64,000 nucleotides of DNA from Chiloscyllium plagiosum (GCF_004010195.1 NC_057718.1:55482422-55546421), one strand, 5' to 3'; shown: positions 1 through 13,189, counted from the stretch's first letter. Program-made: numbers and translations. The notes: generated from the sequence alone by a model not told the origin.

Positions 1-1139
1 GGGGAAGCTGCCCTTAACTGATTATGCTGGGACCCAATGGCTTAACTGTGCCTCCCTTAATTTGACTGAGGACTACTCACTGTAGACTTTGAGATATGGC
101 CTTTTGTTTACAGCACATGCAATGTATATGCCTCTACACTACAGACTATGGTGCGCGTGGGAGATTGATGTAGCACAGTGCCGTACAACAACATGTCCAG
201 CCACACAACTGACCACTGAATAAGCTGCCTGGCTTTGTGTCTGCACTGAAAAACAATTCGTCAGAAGTACGATGAGCCTGTTCTGATTGGCTCAGGGGTC
301 AAGATGCAAAAACGCAAGGCAGGGATTTTATGAGCATCCAAGCAGATGCAGAGTGAATGAGCACTATGAAAGCAAGGTGTATGAGGCAGCCTGGGAGAAT
401 CTATGAGTTGGGTGAAAAGTGTTGCAGCAGCACTCCAATGAAAGGTGCCAGTCTGGTCCATTGTACAGCATTGAATTGCAGAACCTTATTTGTTGTGGGT
501 AAAGCACCACAAACTACCTTTAATTTGGTTATGTATTAAGACAATCAAGTACTAAAACAATGATTTAGACTTCATTGCATGTAGCAACCAAAATACGATC
601 ACTCAAGTAAACAAATCAAGCCTCACAATTCAACTTGGCTACTCCCCAATTAATGGTAGAATTTAACTATGATTCTAACCAACAGTGTCTATCTCTGAAG
701 GTCTAGGATTTTGCCCATGTGTAGTGTTGATCTTCAAAGTTCTGCTACTGGGTTGTTCTGGTGTTGGATTCTTATACAGATTTTCAGTCTTTAGGTGTAT
801 GATGTGGTTCTTTAGATTCTTTCATCCACAATACTACAGCTTGCTTTTTTATCAGAAGTAGCTTCTTTGTTCCTTGTAACATTTAACCTGAACTGTCTAT
901 TTGAGCACACAGCTTTCCTGAGATTAACTTCTTAAATTCTTCTGCAGGATAACCAGTTGCCCTTATGACTTAATGCAGCCGGTTATTGAGCAGATGCCAA
1001 AACAGTTTTGTTCATGTATCAGTTTCATCTCCTTCTTTTCCTAGACATGGCTAATTGCTTTCAATTCCTATATAAGGTTGTCCTTATCTTTAATAGTTTA
1101 TTCCAGACAGAGTTATTACTGCTTCTTTCCATGTCTGAT

Positions 1140-1300
1140 AGACAAGCAAGAGTCCGGCAGCAAGCCCAAGCAGTGTCAGGAAGTGGAGAAGTCAACATTT
1201 CGGATGTAACCCTTCAGGACTGGGGGTGGATGTAAGGGGAGCTGCAGATAAAGGGAGGATGGGGGAGGGTTTTGGATGAGGAAAGGAGTGGAGTGGAATT
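1140..1300 (-). mobile_element. Penelope-like element terminal fragment with degenerate hammerhead-like motif
   Basis: Minus strand reads CCTGAAGGGTTACATCCGAAATGTTGAC, followed on + by a G-rich tract like the PLE 3' region at 34120-34330. Confidence 0.5.
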
Positions 1301-2189
1301 GTCAATATCTACTGTCTACCCGATGAGTGGAAGGTAGGAAATTGCATTTTAATGAGGTTAAATGAAGGAATAATAAGATATTAATACATGCTAATGTATG
1401 CAAATAGGCCTCTTGCTGCTCACTAGTGAGAATCTCATTCAACACATTTTTGGGAAATAGGACTTTTTTTGCTCTCAACTTCATCCAATGTATCCGGAAG
1501 AATCACTGCTGATGATCCTGGCAAACTGCATTTTAAAGCAACAGGAACACATACTTCAAAATGTCAGTTGATTGAATACAAGCATCAACAGAATCTCACA
1601 TACATATTTTTAGAGCTGGTACTAGCAAGATCCACTATTCCAGAACAGCAGCATTTAAATTTTGAATTGTGTTTGTTAAATATAAACTTTAAGCACATCA
1701 AACCCCTTGTTTATCTGACTTATTGACAAGATTGAGTTACTAAGACTGATAAATTTGAAAAAAATTACAAGTTTTGTAATCCTGTTTACATGAATATGGG
1801 ATTGACTTCAAAATAATTGAGACTATTTTTCTAACATTCAGTGGCATAATCCCTGCCCCACCTCAGGAAAGTGGAGCAAGTTACATTCTGTTTTAGCAGC
1901 AATTCCTTGTTTCAAAATTTTTGAGGTAACTCTTGCTGAACAATGTAAAATTGAGATGCTTGGTACAATTGTCAAACATGCTGTGTTAATATCTATTTCC
2001 TATTTTGTAAACTATTGTAATATTAAATGACTCACTAATAAAATAATTTTGAACATTTCAGAATGACTACAGGCAGTGTAAAAACAACAGATTTAAATAG
2101 AACATGAACAGTAAATATAAATGTATACAAACGTGACAATGAAACATTACCTTTAAACACCAAGAAATCTAGCCTGCAATCTGATTTCA

Positions 2190-2510
2190 TGCCAAGATAA
2201 GGAAACCAAAACTGTAAATGGTATTCTAGGTGTAGCCTCACCAATGTCCTGTATAGTTGTAACAAATATCTCTACATTTATATTCCATTCCCCTTGCAAT
2301 AAATGACAACAGTCCATTTTGCCTTCTGAGTCACTTTCTGTGTCTGCATCCTAACCTTTTGTGATGCATATAACAGGATCCTTCTGCACTGGATTTCTCC
2401 AATCTATTACTATTAGATAACATGCTGCTTTTCAATTCTTGCTGCAAATTGGTCAAGTTGACATTTTTCTACATTATACTACTTCTACCAGATTCTTACA
2501 CTCACTCACG
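2190..2510 (-). mobile_element. CR1 LINE ORF2 C-terminal fragment
   Basis: ORF 2035-2265 begins LQLYRTLVRLHLEYHLQFWFPY, the CR1 LYxxLVRPxLEYxxQFWSP motif. Confidence 0.8.
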
Positions 2511-2639
2511 TAAAGAATGGCCTGGATAAGGCACATGGGAAAAGCATACAAAAAAAAGAGGTCAATTAAAGGCGTTAAGCTTTTTCTAAAAATATGGAAA
2601 ATATTAGTAACACAAGCTATAAATCAGTAGCATTCTTGA

Positions 2640-2835
2640 AAACAGTATTTCTGCGATTGGCTCTGCCTCACAGGAGAGGAGGAATATTCGGGAACGCTAT
2701 GATGACAGGGGATTCAGTGGTAAGGAGAAAGACCGACATTTCTGTAGGACATCTAATGAAGTCCTAAAAACAAAATATAAAAAGTTAGGAAGCAGGTTAA
2801 AATGTGGGACCTCAAAAGTGTTGATCTCTGGATCA
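2640..2835 (+). mobile_element. CR1 ORF1 (SGNH esterase-like) fragment
   Basis: GGGGATTCAGTGGTAAGG (GDSVVR) and downstream KLGSRLKCGTSKVLISG, homologous to 10665-11153. Confidence 0.6.
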
Positions 2836-3420
2836 TGTGCTATTCAAAATAGGAATACCAGGATATAACAGATGAAAATGTACCTGGAGAGATTCATCCT
2901 TGTTCTTGGCAATATAATTGGTACCAAAGTTTACCACAATCACTGGATGTTTACCGTCACACTTCTGAATGTCCTGTAGCTGCTGCAAGACATTATTGCC
3001 CGTAGCACCTGTGAGGTATCTTACTATCCTGGAATCTTGTTTGCAACTACAGAAATGTCCATCTGTTCCTCTTACCATTGAATCTCCTATCACTAAAGCA
3101 TTCCCACATATTCCTCCTCTTCTGTACAACCACAGAATAATGAATAAAAGCAAATTACTGCGGATGCTGGAATCTGAAACCAAAAGAGAAAATGCTGGAA
3201 AATCTCAGCAGGTCTGGCAGCATCTGTAAGGAGAGAAAAGAGCTGATTTTTCGAGTCTAACTGACCCTTTATCAAAGCTGTATGTTCCCCAAAGCTTAAT
3301 GAAGAATAACAGAATAATGAATTTGGCTATTGTGACTTCCCTCTGAGAGGCCACCCCCCCTTACAACAAATCTCCAAAGCAATAAATCTGTTTTGCAGGG
3401 GAATGGCCACAGGGGACTTA
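2833..3420 (-). mobile_element. CR1 ORF1 (SGNH esterase-like) fragment, interrupted by a PLE-terminus insertion
   Basis: ORF 2833-3183: ALVIGDSMVRGTD...VIVVNFGTNYI (GDS and GTND blocks of CR1 ORF1 esterase). Confidence 0.75.
3146..3308 (-). mobile_element. Short PLE-terminus insertion with hammerhead-like motif and 14-bp TSD
   Basis: Flanked by ACAGAATAATGAAT at 3132-3145 and 3309-3322; minus strand AGCT-TTGATAA-A-GGGTC-AGTTA-GACTC-GAAA-AA-TC-AGCT. Confidence 0.7.
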
Positions 3421-3424
3421 TATA

Positions 3425-4780
3425 CATGCAAATCTAAAGGAAAGGTAGCTCCCACCATGGCTAACCATGGAAATTAGGGACAATGCTAGATCTAACAAAA
3501 ATGCATACCAAATGGCCAAAAAAGTTACAGATCTAAAAATTGGGATCAATTTAGATTTCAGTAAAAGAGGACAAAGAGGTTGATTAAGAGGGGGAGATAG
3601 ATTATGAAAGTAAGCTTTGGGGAACTTACAAACTGATTACAAAAGCTTCTATAGCTATGTGAAGAGAAAATGAACAGGGGACATTAAAATGGGGAACAAA
3701 GATGGCAGACCAATTAAATACTATTTTGTTCTGCTTCACAAAGAAGGACAAAAACATGTTGCCAAAAATGTTAGGGAACAGAGGGTCTAGTGAGAGAGAG
3801 GAATTGAATAAAATCAGTATTAGTTGGGAAATGGTGTTGAGAAAATTGATGAGATTAAAAACTAATAAATCCCCAGAGTCCAATAATCTACACCCCTAAG
3901 AATTTAAGAAAATGGGCCTCGCATGCAATACTTCTTTGGTCATCATCTTTCCAAGATTGTACAGACTCTGGAACAGTTCCTGTGGATTGGAAGATGGGAA
4001 AAATGATTGAGTCCATTATTAAAGATTTAATAGCAGGGCAAATCAGACAGAGTCAGTGTGGACTTATGAACGGGAAATCATGCTTGACAAATCCTCTGAA
4101 TCTTTTGAGGATGTAAGTAGTACAGTTGATAACGGGGAGCCAGTGGATGTGGTTTACTTTGGCTTTTGGAATTAGAGACAAACTAGAAAGGTAGAACTGT
4201 AACCATGGGTTACTTTAATCTGCATTTGGATTGGGCAAATCAAATCTGTAACAATACCGTAGATGAAGAATTCCTGAAGTACATAGGTTTTTTGGAACCA
4301 TGTGCTGAGGAGCCAACTAGGTACAGGCCAACCTAGACAGCATATTAGGTAATGAGAAAGGAATAATTGACAATCCAGCTGGCAATTTTCAGTAACGTCC
4401 CACCAATTTGATTAGCATGTGAAATTAAAGTGCAAAGGATTAGGGGTAGTGTACTGAGAACTGTTTGGCAAACAGGTACCAAAGAGTAGGAATAAAAAAG
4501 TCTGTTTTCAAGTGGCAGGCAGTGATTAGTGTGATACCAATAGCTTGCACCCTAGCTATTCACAACATATATCAATTATTTAGATGTCGGAACTAAACGT
4601 AATATCTCCATGTTTGCATATGACCGGAAGTTGGGCTGCAAGAAGGATGATTTAGACAAGTTGAGTGAGTGGGAAAATGAATGACAGATGCAGTAACCTG
4701 TGGATAAATATGAGATTATCATGTCAGCAAACCAGGAAGCTGGATTATTATCTGAATCGTCACAGGGAAAGAGACCTGAT
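3425..4780 (+). mobile_element. Degenerate CR1 ORF2 (RT) fragment(s)
   Basis: ORF 3702-3899 (EMVLRKLMRLKTNKSPESNNLHP) plus GKSCLTN and VDVVY motifs; many stops and deletions. Confidence 0.8.
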
Positions 4781-5719
4781 CAAATCAAATTTACTATTAC
4801 TGGATTTGCAACATAGTGAAATTAAAACTTTTGATGACCTTCAAAATTGCCCAATTGTTCCTAATTAAACTTTGAGAACAACAGATATCAGACACCAAGT
4901 TTATAACTTAAATTGAAATTTACAATTTAATATTAACACTGTAACTTTAGCAGAACAAAGTTAAACAACACGCTAATAAAATTAATGTCTATGATTTAAA
5001 CTTCTTTGATCATTACTACCATTATTTACATAGACAGAGAGAGAGAGAGAGACAGAGTTAAGGATTAAATTATAAAGAAAATAAAAGAGTAGTAATTTGC
5101 CAATTCAATTTCCCTTTCAACAATGAGAATCAGGTCTTTATGGAATCCTTGAATGATGTGTTGTATCATAAACACATGGGATTATATACTACCTGAATTC
5201 TAAAGTCGCAAGTAAATGCAAACAGCTTCCAGCAGACTCCAAAGAAAATTTCTTATAAACTGGGATTCTTTTCTTAGAACATTCAACATTTTTTTAACTG
5301 AATATAAACTACAGAGAGAGTAAAATTCAAATATAGCTTCCCAGTCTAGCAGCTTCTAAGCACACAACTTTCTGCCCAAAAAGCTCACTCAAAAACCAAT
5401 TCAATCTATGGTTACTCTTCCTTTATCTGTTGTTAGCTGGTCAGCACCGGCCTCGCCTTGATTGACCAATACAACATCCAACAAGCTGCCAGTCCTCAAG
5501 CATAACATGTTCTGGTGCCAAAATGTCTCCAATGTTCTTAGAACAATATTTAACCTTTCTAGGCCAGTTCCCATTTGCCAATATCAATTTGCTTGTTCCC
5601 ATTTAAAAAAGACAACTGTTGTTCAAAGTTCAACATTCAGTTCTCAACTTCAACTCATAAAACAAACAAAATTATAAAAATAAAATTAAATTGTGATGGT
5701 CTCAATAGAATGGTGATAC

Positions 5720-6540
5720 ATTGGGAAAGGGAGAGATGTATCAAGACCTGGATGTCCTCATACACCAGTCATTGAAAGTAAGCATGTAGGTGCAGCAGGC
5801 AATGAAGAAGGCAAATAATATGTTAGTCTTCACATTGAGAGAGTTCAAGTACAGAAACAGGAATGTCTTGTTTTGCATTTATACAGGGCATTGATGAGAC
5901 AATGCTTGGAGCATTGTGTAAAGTTTTGGTATCTTTACCTGAGGAAGGATATCCTGGCTTTGGAGAGAGTACGAGGAGAAAGTGAGAACTGCAGACGCTG
6001 GAGATCAGAGTTGAAGAGTGTGATGTTGGAAAGTCGACATTTCAGGCATAAGCCCTTCATCAGGGTTCCTTGGATGCTGCCTGACCAACTGTGCTTTTCC
6101 AGCACCCCACTCTTCAACATTGGAGAGAGTACAACAAGTTTTACCGGTCTGATTCCTGGGTTGACAGAACTGACATGTGAAGAAAGATTAAATCGGATAA
6201 GATTATGTTCACTGGAATTTAAAGGAATGACTGGGGATCTCACAGAAACTTCTAAAATTCTAGCAGGATTAGCAGGTAAATGGAGGAATGGTGTTCCTGT
6301 TAAATGGGGAGTCCAGAACCAGGGCTCACTGTCTAAGAATATGGGATAGGCCAATTAGGACTGAGATGAAAAGAAATATATTCATACAGAGAGCAGTGAG
6401 CCTGTGGAATTCTCTGCCCGAGAAAGCATTTGAGCCCCCAGCATTGACTGTTTTCAAAAAGGAGGTGGTGTAGCTCTTAGGGTGAAAGGATCTAAGATTA
6501 TTGGGAGAAAGCGAGAAAAGAGTATTCAGTTGGGTAATCA
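5720..6540 (+). mobile_element. CR1 ORF2 3' fragment
   Basis: LYRALMRQCLEHCVKFW...KDILALERV; RTRAHCLRI; FIQRAVSLWNSLP. Confidence 0.85.
5973..6119. mobile_element. Fold-back PLE-terminus insertion in CR1, 13-bp TSD
   Basis: TTGGAGAGAGTAC at 5960-5972 and 6120-6132; internal inverted arms; minus-strand CTGATGAAGGGCTTATGCCTGAAATGTC. Confidence 0.8.
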
Positions 6541-6829
6541 CCTTGCAGTGCTGATATTTGCGTGTTACCTATACCAACATTGCCAGAATTTTCAACACAA
6601 TTCAAAAAGCACAGATTGTTAGCCTGATAGTGGTTACAAAGCTTCCTCCCCTCACTGATGCACTGCTTAGAAGGAGTTCTTTTAGTGCTTGCTCATATCT
6701 ATCTGAGAGAGATTATGATTCAAGATTGAACAAGTACGATTGAGTCCATGAGAAACCAGTTCATTTTCTCTAACACATATAAATCTCAAAATGGAATTAG
6801 AAAGGAGTTCTTGGGTGGGGAGAACAAAG

Positions 6830-7255
6830 ACATTGCTATTGTATCCACCTCCACCTCCTCCTTTGACAGCGCATTCCATGCACTTACCACCCTCTATGTA
6901 AGAAGCTTGTCTTTCATATCTCCTTTAAACTTATTGCCTTTTATCTTAAACCTATACTCTTTTGTAATTGCCATTTCTACCTGGAAGATAGACTCCAGCC
7001 ATGCCTCTCATAATTTTGTAAACATCTATCCAGTTGCCCCTCATTCTTTGACATTTACGTAAAATCAAACTGAGTTTGTCCAATCTTTCCTCGTAGTTAA
7101 TATACTCCAAACCGGCAACATCCTGGCAAACCATTTCTGTATCCTCTCCAAAGCCTCCACATCTTCTTGTTGTGTTGCAACCAGACATGAACACAATATT
7201 CCAAATGTGGCTGAACTAAAGTTCTACACAGCCGAAACACGACTTGCTAATTTTA
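6830..7255 (-). mobile_element. CR1 ORF2 3' fragment
   Basis: ORF 6952-7194: GLEYINYEERLDKLSL...RMRGNWIDVYKIMRG. Confidence 0.8.
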
Positions 7256-7269
7256 ATGCTAATCACCAA

Positions 7270-8330
7270 GCCCTCTATCTCCTTGATATATTCTGACTTG
7301 TCATTGTTTGATATCTGTCCAATCACAGTGGTGTCATCAGCAAACTTACAATGGCATTTGTTTGGAATTTGGCAACATAGTTGTGGGTGTCCATGGAGTA
7401 CAGTAGGGGGCTAAAGATGCATCCTTTGGGGGGGGGGGGGTCCAATGTGGGTGTTATCATGGAGGACGTGCAGTTGTCTATCTTCACTGAGTGCAGTCTA
7501 TAGGTCAGAAAGCTGAGGATCCAGTTTCAGAGGGCAGAGCTGAGACTAAGGTCTCAGAATTTGGAGGTCAGTCTGGAGGAGATAAGGTGTTGAAGGCGGC
7601 ACTGTAGTCGATGAGCAGGAGTCTGACATAGATGTCATTGTTGTCCAGATGTTCCAAGGATTAATGCAGGGCTAGGGAAATGGGGTCCACTGTAGACCTG
7701 TTATGTCTTTTAGGCAAATTGTAGGGATCATGTAAGGCTGGAAGACTAGAGTTGATGTGGGCCTAGACCAGCCTCTCAAAGCACTTCGTGATTATGGAGG
7801 TCATAACCACTGGGCGGTAGTCATTAAGAATGTTGCGTGTTCTTTTTTGGGTATGGGGATGATGGTGGTCTTCTTGAAGCAGATGGGACTTCAGATTGTA
7901 GAAGCGAGAGGTTGAAGATATCAGTGAATGCCTCTGCCAATTGGTCTGCACAGGATCTAAGTGGTCATCTGGGAACTCCGTCTGGGCCCGTTGCTTTCCT
8001 TAGGTTGGCTTCCAGGAAGTCCAATCTGAGATCAGAGCCATGACAGTGGGCACAGGTGTGTCCGTACCTGTCGGGGAAGGTGACACATATCTCTGGCATT
8101 CTGCTCAAACTGAGCAAAGAAAGCATTGAGCACATCAAGGAGGGATGTGTCTTTGTTGGCTATCTTGCTCTGCTTTGTTTTATATTCAGTAATGTTGTTT
8201 AGGCCATGCCATAAGCAACGGGAGTCTGTTTGGTTGGTTTTGGCCTCTAACTTGGTCCAGTACTTCCTCTGACATCCCTGATGACTTTGTGGAGGTCAAA
8301 TCTGGATATACTTGTAGGTTTTCTGCATCT
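7270..8330 (-). mobile_element. Rex1/Babar-like non-LTR retrotransposon RT fragment
   Basis: LNDYRPVVMTSIITKCFERLV (7763-7951), VDYSAAFNT and KFADDTTVIG motifs on the minus strand. Confidence 0.7.
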
Positions 8331-8524
8331 GGACAGTCCTGGGAGTTGGTGTGTGAGCCTGCTGCTCCTGCAGGTGAGTGAGCCAGGCCTGATAGGGCCG
8401 GGCCGCCTCGGGGTCTGGTAGTCGAGAGATCGGGGATCAGACCTAGGCTAGTTGGACCTTCTTGGTGACTGGGTTGGATGTCGAGTTGGTAAGGCCTCCA
8501 TGGATTCTTCGGTTTTTTGATGCA

Positions 8525-11500
8525 ACAAGAATTCTACTATCTACTGTCTACTTTCCTCCTGCATTAGATCTTCCAAAATGCATCACTTTACATTTGTCCA
8601 GATTAAAGTCCATCTGTTTTTTGGCCCAAGTCACCAGCCTATCTATACCCTGCTATATCCTTTGGCAATTCTCCTCACTATCCATAGCTCCTCAATCTTC
8701 GTGTCATCCGCACACTTACTAATCAGACCACCCACATTGTCCTCCAAATCATTGCTATATAATACATCATCAAGGGTCCCAGCACTCACCTCTGCGGAGG
8801 ACCACTACTCACAGATCTCCACTCAGAAAAACATCCTTCCACCACTACTCTCTGTCTTCTATGACTATGCTAGCTCTGCATCCCTCTCATCAGCTCACCG
8901 CAGATTCACCTTTTTATATCAGTTTGCCATGAGGGACTAAAGTTCTACCACCCTGTCCTCAAAAATCATCTTTGTTACTTCCTCAAAATAACTAAATTAA
9001 ATTTCTGAGACATGACCTTCCCTGCACAAAGCCATGATGCCTATAGAACCACATCTTTCCAAATGTGAGTAATTCCTATTCCTAAGAATCTTCTCCAATA
9101 ATTTCCCCATCATTGATGTCAAGCTCACTGGCCTTTAATTTCCCAAATTATCGCTGTTGACCTTCTTAAACAAAGGAAGAGCACTGGCTATTTTCTAGTC
9201 CTCTTGAACATCTCCTGTGGCTAAACGGGATACAAAGATTTCATACACGGCCCCAGCAATTTCCTCATCTGCCTCCCTCAGAATTCTGCGACAGATACCA
9301 TCAGGTCCCAGGGACTTATCTACCTTAATGCTTTTTAAAATACCCAACACCTCTTCCTTCATTACAGTGAGATGCCCCAGAAGACCCTCCTGAGACTCAC
9401 CATCCATCATGTCCTTCTCCATTGTGAATACCAGTGCAAAGTATACATTAAGGATCTCACATACTTTCTCTAATTCCACGCATACATTCCATCCTTTGTC
9501 CTTTCCCTAATCTACCCTCTTGCTTCTTAAATATGTATAAAATGCCTTGAGATTTTCCTTAATCTTGTTTGCCAAAGATCTTTTATGACCCTTTTAGCTA
9601 TCCTAATTGCTTGTTTGAGTCCTTTCCCACTATCTTTTAATTTTTCAAGTGCTCTGCCTACATTCAGTTTCCTAAATCTTATGTATACCTCCTTTTTCTT
9701 TTTGACTAAGCTCTGAATTCCTCTTGTCATCCAAGGTTCCTAAATCTTGCCATCTTTATTCTTAATTTTCACAACAACATGCTGATCCTGAACTCTAATC
9801 AACTAACCTTTGAAAAGTTCTCATATGCCAGATGTACATTTACCCTAAAACAACTGTACATCCCCAGTGTACATTCCCAATTTCCTGCCTAATATTGCAT
9901 TGGTTAGGCTTCACCCAAATTGTTACTTTCACACGAGGACTACGCTTATCAATATCTATAATTAACTTAAAACTTAGAAAATTATTGTCACTGTTCCCAA
10001 AATGCTCCTACACTGAAACTTCAATCACCTGGATGGGCTTATTCCCCAATACCAGGTCTAATATGGCCCCTTGCTTGGTTGGACTATTTACATTTTGTTT
10101 CAAAAAACAGTCCTGGACTCACCTAACAAATTCTTGCCCATCCAAGCCCCTGGCAAAAAGCAAGTTCCAGCGAAGTTAAAATCATCCACGGAACAACCCT
10201 GTTGTTTTCACATTTTTCCATAATCTGTATACATGTTTGTTCTTTTATCACCCAATGACTTTTGGGAAGCCTGAGTACAATCCCCAAAAGTGATTGCTTC
10301 CGACCTATTCATGAACTCTGCCCATAAGGCCTCACTGCATGAGTCACCTAAGGTGTCCTCCCTCAGTAGAGCTTTAATAGACTCCCTTATTAGGAATGCA
10401 ACTCCATCACCTCTTTTACATCCCTCTATATCATGCCTGAAACATTTAAATGCTGGTTCCTCTCTTAACCAAGTCTCTAAATTAACTTCAACATTATAGT
10501 TATGTGTATTTATCCAAGTTCATCAGCTCCACCTGTCATACTCCTTACATTAAAACAAATATACTTAATACTACATCCCACTGTATTCACCAACCTCTCC
10601 CTGTCTGTTCCTCCTCTTAGTCTCAGTGCCAAACTCCTCCTTGGTCATTTTATTTACTGACTTACTACTCTGGTTCCCCACCCTCTCCCCACCACACCAG
10701 TTTCAAACCTCCTGAGTGGCAGGAGCAAACCTTCTTGCCAGGGTATTGGTGTATCTTCAGTTTAAGTGCATCCCGTCTTTCTTGTACAGGTCTGCCCTGA
10801 ATGACATCCCAATGATCCACATACCTGAAGCCCTCCCTCCTAATACAGCTCTTTTGCCATGTACTTAACTGCACTATCTTCCCAGTCCTAGTCTCACTGG
10901 CATGTGATATTACAACCCTAGAAGTTCTACTTTTCAGCTTTGTACCTAACTCCCTGAACTGCCTTTCCAGGAGCTCATCTCTCTTTCTGCCTATGTCATT
11001 AGTATCAATATGTACCACAACCTCTGGCTGCTCACCATTTCTCTTCTGAATATCCGGTCCCAGCTCAGAGACATCCTTGACTCTGGCACCAGGGAGGCAA
11101 CACACCATCCTGGAATCTTGCATGCAGTCACAGGAACCCCTATCTGTATACATGTTTTTTTTTAATCCTATTCCTGATCACTGAGTCCCCTATCACTATT
11201 GCTCACCAACACTTCGACCCTTCCTGCCATACAACAGAGCCAGTCATGGCAGTCATGGTGCCACTGGCCTATCTGCTGCTGCTGCTTTTCCTTTACACAC
11301 CATGCCTGCAACAGTATCCAAAATTTGTTTGAGAGGAGAATGGCCGCAGGGGACTCTGACATTGCCTACCCCCATGCTTAGTCATTTTCCTGGTTGTCAT
11401 CCAACTTTTCTCTGTCAGTATAGTCATTACAGGTAATGTGACCAGCTCCCTAAACATGCTATCCATGACATTCTAGCCTCATGGATACTCCATAGTAAGT

Positions 11501-11640
11501 CCATCTGCAGCTCCATACAGCAAATCAGAACCTGCAACTGAACACACTTCCTGAATATCTAGTCATGATAGACACTGGAATGTTCTTGAATTCCCACATA
11601 TTGCAGGAAGAACATTCCATGGTGCTGAGTTCTCCTGTTA
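8525..11640 (-). mobile_element. Long degenerate CR1 LINE (ORF1 esterase, endonuclease, RT remnants)
   Basis: ORF 10665-11153 CCLPGARVKDV...VVVHIDTND; ORF 9195-9479 KVDKSLGPDGICRRILRE; internal deletions and stops. Confidence 0.85.
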
Positions 11641-11830
11641 TTGTAAATCTTATTGACTAAATAAATCTTATTAACGACAAACAATAACCCAGGCACTGAT
11701 TAGACAACCATATCCACTCCTCATCAAACTCAGATCTCTCATTCCCGCTCTCTACTCCTTGCAGAACAAAAAGTAAGCATTTTAATCTCTCCCCAGACGT
11801 TATTCGCTCAGTCTGCAAACCTGGTTCTTC

Positions 11831-11996
11831 AGCAACTAAGCCAATGTCATTTTTTGAATCATGATGTCACCTTGTTTTAAAAAATTCTCAAGGTCAGGTT
11901 CGTAGGAGAGTAGTCTGACACAGAACAAACGACCAAGAGGCGAGTCTGCTAGAAAGCAACTAAGCCAATGTCATTTTTTGAATCATGATGTCACCT
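11831..11996. repeat. Perfect 42-bp direct repeat with an 82-bp spacer
   Basis: AGCAACTAAGCCAATGTCATTTTTTGAATCATGATGTCACCT at 11831-11872 and 11955-11996. Confidence 0.95.
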
Positions 11997-13189
11997 CCAG
12001 AGCTCCACACCTAGATTCAGCTCCAAGCCTCTTCTGTTTACCGCCAGGTTCACTCTTCTTTGATCAGTTGCTGCTGCTGTTCCTGCTCGGACTGACCAAG
12101 GGAGGAGAGGGTAATTGGGAGAACAGAGCTTGATGCGTAGTCAAGTATTTTTGCCTCGCCCTAGATTTACAGGGACAGGTTGCCAAGGAACTGAGGAATG
12201 CTTATGGGTGAAATACGCAAACAAGAAGGACAATGAAGAAGCCAATAAAGAGACATTTCACTCGTGCAACGGTTCTGTCCAAGTAACAAAAGTCACGCAA
12301 CATGTTGGCAATGTGGCAAGGTAAGGAAGACAAGTGTACAGCATGCAGCCATGAGGATTCAATCCACCAACACTGCATAAAAGGGGAAACTGACAATCAA
12401 TAGACCAGTCACAATGTTAGGCTAGAGCTGACAGGAATAACTCCTGGAAGCAAATACCTTGAATATTTTTGGTAAAGCAAACTTTATGTCATTTCATTTA
12501 GACCAACTGGAGAGTTCAATGGTAGCTTGATTTTTAAAGATATGTTTTACACAGGGACATGGATTCCAAAAACAGTGAGGCTGTCTTGGCTTTCTCTTGC
12601 CATTCTCTAGAAAGTGCACCTGCCTTCCTGCCGTCAAAGCTTCCTTCATAGTCTCAAGTGGTGTAACCATGAATTTTGGAACTATCATTAACCTTCTGGC
12701 ATCTGTCTTCTGCTACAGCCCACTAGGATTGCATACCGTAAGTCCTTAAATTGTACCAAATGTTAAAGCTTTTTTAAGATATGCACAGTACCTGAATTCA
12801 CTTGACATTCAGACCAAGATTGATAGAATGCACAGACCAGGTTTCTGCACTAAACAAGAATAACTACAAATAAACAGATATAAGTCATTGTCATTTAACA
12901 TTACTAATTGAACTCAAGTCCCCTTAAAAACTCCCTTTACATACACACAAACAGAGAAATAGATTATTGGTGGAAATTTAAAAAAAACTTTGGAAGTGGT
13001 CTTTGCTTCCTAATTCTGATTTTGAAATGATCCTGCTTCAGTTAGCCAGGTCCTTGAAGTTCTGTTGCCTTTCTCTGAAAGCTTCCACTGGTTTGTAAGA
13101 CGGACAGTGCAACTGATTCACTTGCAAAATGCCTCTGATTTATGGATTTATCTGCCTCTGTTGTTTCTTCAATCCTCCTCTCAAAAAGG

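Noticed and set aside
11831..11996. Repeat-spacer-repeat as a CRISPR array
   Set aside because: Only two repeats, an 82-bp spacer, no cas genes, and a vertebrate context
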